This document shows positions 62,161 to 64,000 of a stretch of 64,000 bases of DNA, in pieces (position 1 is the stretch's first letter; each line of letters starts with the position of its first letter). The stretch comes from Eubacteriales bacterium (lineage in GTDB: Bacteria > Bacillota > Clostridia > Oscillospirales > UBA644). The translations under genes and the position numbers were made by a program. The DNA is taken from assembly GCA_045542115.1 (NCBI GenBank), contig JAZQKK010000014.1:338790-402789 (forward strand). Reading direction: 5' to 3'. The notes beneath the pieces were generated by a model. The model was not told the origin of the DNA and did not search any database. It was given only the letters and a program-made list of their open reading frames with translations.

Positions 62161-62302
62161 AGATTCGAGAGAAAAAAACGGAGATTTCGTAAAAAATTCA
62201 AACTTTTTCCAAACAAAAAGATGATTTTCAAAACACGATGAAGAGCCGGCTCTCCTTGGCAGATATTTCCGAAAAGTTCGAAAAAAATTCGTAATATACA
62301 CT

Positions 62303-62330
62303 TTACAAACGGGTATTATTATGTTATAAT
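62303..62330 (+). promoter_or_regulatory. rpsO promoter
   Basis: TTTACA-16 nt-TATAAT. Confidence 0.5.
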
Positions 62331-62432
62331 ATACAAGATGCCGAAAATCAGTTGACGGACAACTCCAACCGCAACTTATTTTCCGGTGAATTATTTTAAT
62401 TGCCGCAGCAAAGCGGCGTAGGAGGAAGCATT

Positions 62433-62696
62433 ATGCTGAAAGAAACCAAGACCCAAGTAATTGAAGCGAACCGCAGAAGTGACGTTGACACCGGTTCTCC
62501 CGAAGTGCAGGTTGCCATTCTGACCGCTCGCATCAAAGAACTCACCGAACACTTGAAGGCCAACCCCAAGGATTTCCATTCCCGTCGTGGCCTGCAAAAG
62601 ATGGTCGGTCAGCGGAGAAATATGTTGAACTATCTGCAAAAGAAGGACATCACCCGCTACCGTGCGATCATCGCAAAGCTCGGTCTGAGAAAGTAA
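62433..62696 (+). CDS. rpsO: 30S ribosomal protein S15
   Basis: [42 protein letters not shown]...; start after GGAGGAA. Confidence 0.95.
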   Translation: MLKETKTQVIEANRRSDVDTGSPEVQVAILTARIKELTEHLKANPKDFHSRRGLQKMVGQRRNMLNYLQKKDITRYRAIIAKLGLRK

Positions 62697-62746
62697 TTCG
62701 GTCCGTTTCTGACAGAAGAGGAGCAATCCTCTCCTGTCGGGCAGAG

Positions 62747-62778
62747 CAAAGTCATCCCGGCGGATGGCTTTGTTTTTT
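62747..62778 (+). terminator. rpsO terminator / pnp leader hairpin
   Basis: CAAAGTCATCC-cggc-GGATGGCTTTG plus TTTTTT. A second hairpin lies at 62711-62738. Confidence 0.7.
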
Positions 62779-62949
62779 GCCACAATACCCCAAAAGAGTA
62801 CAAAAAAACGCGAAAACAAAAAACAAAGAAATCAAATCTGGTCTCCCTTGCATTCTGGATTCAGCAGTTATGAAAGTTTCCCAGCCGTGGGGAATTTTGA
62901 TAACTGCCGGAACAGAGGGGAGTCCACGAAAACAGAAAGGACAAGCCCT

Positions 62950-64000
62950 ATGAACATTTACGAAAACTATCGCAAATTCGAGACGACGGTAGCCGGCCGT
63001 CCTCTGGTGGTCGAAACCGGAAAATTTGCAGGTCTTGCCAACGGCTCCGCAATGATTCGTTACGGGGAAACTTGCGTTTTGGCCTGCGCCACCGCATCGG
63101 AAAAGCCCCGGGACGGAATCGACTTCTTCCCCTTGGCTGTCGACTATGAAGAAAAACTTTACTCCATCGGCCGCATCCCCGGTTCTTTTATGAAGCGGGA
63201 AGGCAAACCCACCGAAAAAGCAATTCTTACCGCCCGCGTCATCGACCGTCCCATCCGTCCCTTGTTCCCCAAGGATATGCGCAACGACGTTGTAGTCAGC
63301 CTGACGCTGATGGCCGTTGACCCCGATTGCTCTCCCGAAATCACCGCGATGATCGGTGCTTCCGTAGCAATCTCCATTTCCGATATTCCCTGGAAAGGCC
63401 CCATCGGCGGCGTGCTTCTGGGCTACGTTGACGGTCAGTACGTCATCAACCCCACCGAAGAACAGCGTGCCGTTTCCGAAATGTCGGTCACCGTGGCCGC
63501 TTCCGCCGACAAAATCGTTATGATTGAAGCCGGCGCCAACGAAATTCCCGACGACGTAATGTACGACGGAATCCTGGAAGCCCACAAGGAAATCAAGAAA
63601 ATCGTTGAATTCATTGAAGGCATCAAAGCCGAAATCGGCAAGCCCAAGTTTGAATACGAAGCTCACACTCTGCCCGAAGGAATGTTGGAAGACATCATTG
63701 CCTTCGCCGGCGAAAAGATTAAAGTGGCAATGAAGACCGACGACAAAGACGTCCGGGACGCTCAGGTTGCCGCAGTCACCGCTGAAATCGAAGCGGAATT
63801 CGGCGAAAAATATCCCGATTCTTCCGCCGCCATCGGTGAAGCGGTCTACAAAATTGAAAAAATGATTGTCCGGGATATGATTATCAACGACCACGAACGT
63901 GTAGACGGCCGCGGACTGGAAGATATCCGTCCCTTGTATGCCGAAGCCGGGATTCTTCCCCGGGTACACGGTTCCGGTTTGTTCAGCCGGGGACAGACTC
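62950..64000 (+). CDS. pnp: Polynucleotide phosphorylase (N-terminal part; runs off window end)
   Basis: Own translation from ATG 62950: MNIYENYRKFETTVAGRPLVVETGKFAGLANGSAMIRYGETCVLA...DGRGLEDIRPL...HGSGLFSRGQT. No stop in the window, so absent from the ORF track. Confidence 0.95.
   Translation, partial: MNIYENYRKFETTVAGRPLVVETGKFAGLANGSAMIRYGETCVLACATASEKPRDGIDFFPLAVDYEEKLYSIGRIPGSFMKREGKPTEKAILTARVIDRPIRPLFPKDMRNDVVVSLTLMAVDPDCSPEITAMIGASVAISISDIPWKGPIGGVLLGYVDGQYVINPTEEQRAVSEMSVTVAASADKIVMIEAGANEIPDDVMYDGILEAHKEIKKIVEFIEGIKAEIGKPKFEYEAHTLPEGMLEDIIAFAGEKIKVAMKTDDKDVRDAQVAAVTAEIEAEFGEKYPDSSAAIGEAVYKIEKMIVRDMIINDHERVDGRGLEDIRPLYAEAGILPRVHGSGLFSRGQT

Noticed and set aside
62752-63969. 405-aa minus-strand ORF
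   Set aside because: It is antisense to pnp, whose plus-strand translation is unmistakable.

Overview
The window looks like a chromosome segment from a spore-forming Firmicute (Clostridia-like; taxon is inferred from gene content only). It has four parts.

(1) nt 1-14804: the right-hand part of a temperate prophage that continues past the window start.
- On the minus strand: portal (open to nt 1), TerL, TerS, a late regulator, small early genes, an orphan DNA methyltransferase and an HUH rolling-circle Rep.
- A repressor/Cro-type switch with 17-bp operators.
- A strongly AT-rich gene for a membrane-anchored Mrr-like nuclease, 22 nt downstream of the repressor gene.
- A tyrosine integrase abutting the 3' end of tRNA-Ala.

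(2) tRNA-Ala(GGC) and tRNA-Ser(GCU), followed by four host genes: an AraC/PocR regulator, an FAD oxidoreductase, a sugar isomerase and a CPBP protease.

(3) nt 19715-31301: a compact, co-directional, translationally coupled phage-derived cluster.
- Present: a small terminase lacking the HTH domain, a PBSX-type TerL, an SPP1-type portal, scaffold, P22-type coat, connectors, tail tube, a Gp15-like chaperone, hub, fibres, holins and an NlpC/P60 lysin.
- Absent: integrase, repressor, replication genes and any tape-measure gene.
- I flag it as a candidate gene-transfer-agent-like or PBSX-like domesticated particle system. This is the most interesting item, together with the repressor-linked nuclease gene.

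(4) Housekeeping genes:
- Coding genes: ygjP-like, galT, ybaK, a WYL regulator, amino-sugar genes, hslO, a catalytically degenerate PBP5-like protein, aroK, an FN3 surface protein, a NahK-like kinase, dinB, a SipL-like LysM protein and rpsO-pnp.
- Genes with regulatory leaders: an NhaC-family antiporter behind a lysine riboswitch, ileS behind a T-box, and a CorC/HlyC transporter behind an unclassified terminator-containing leader.

All functional calls come from motif recognition by eye; no searches were run.
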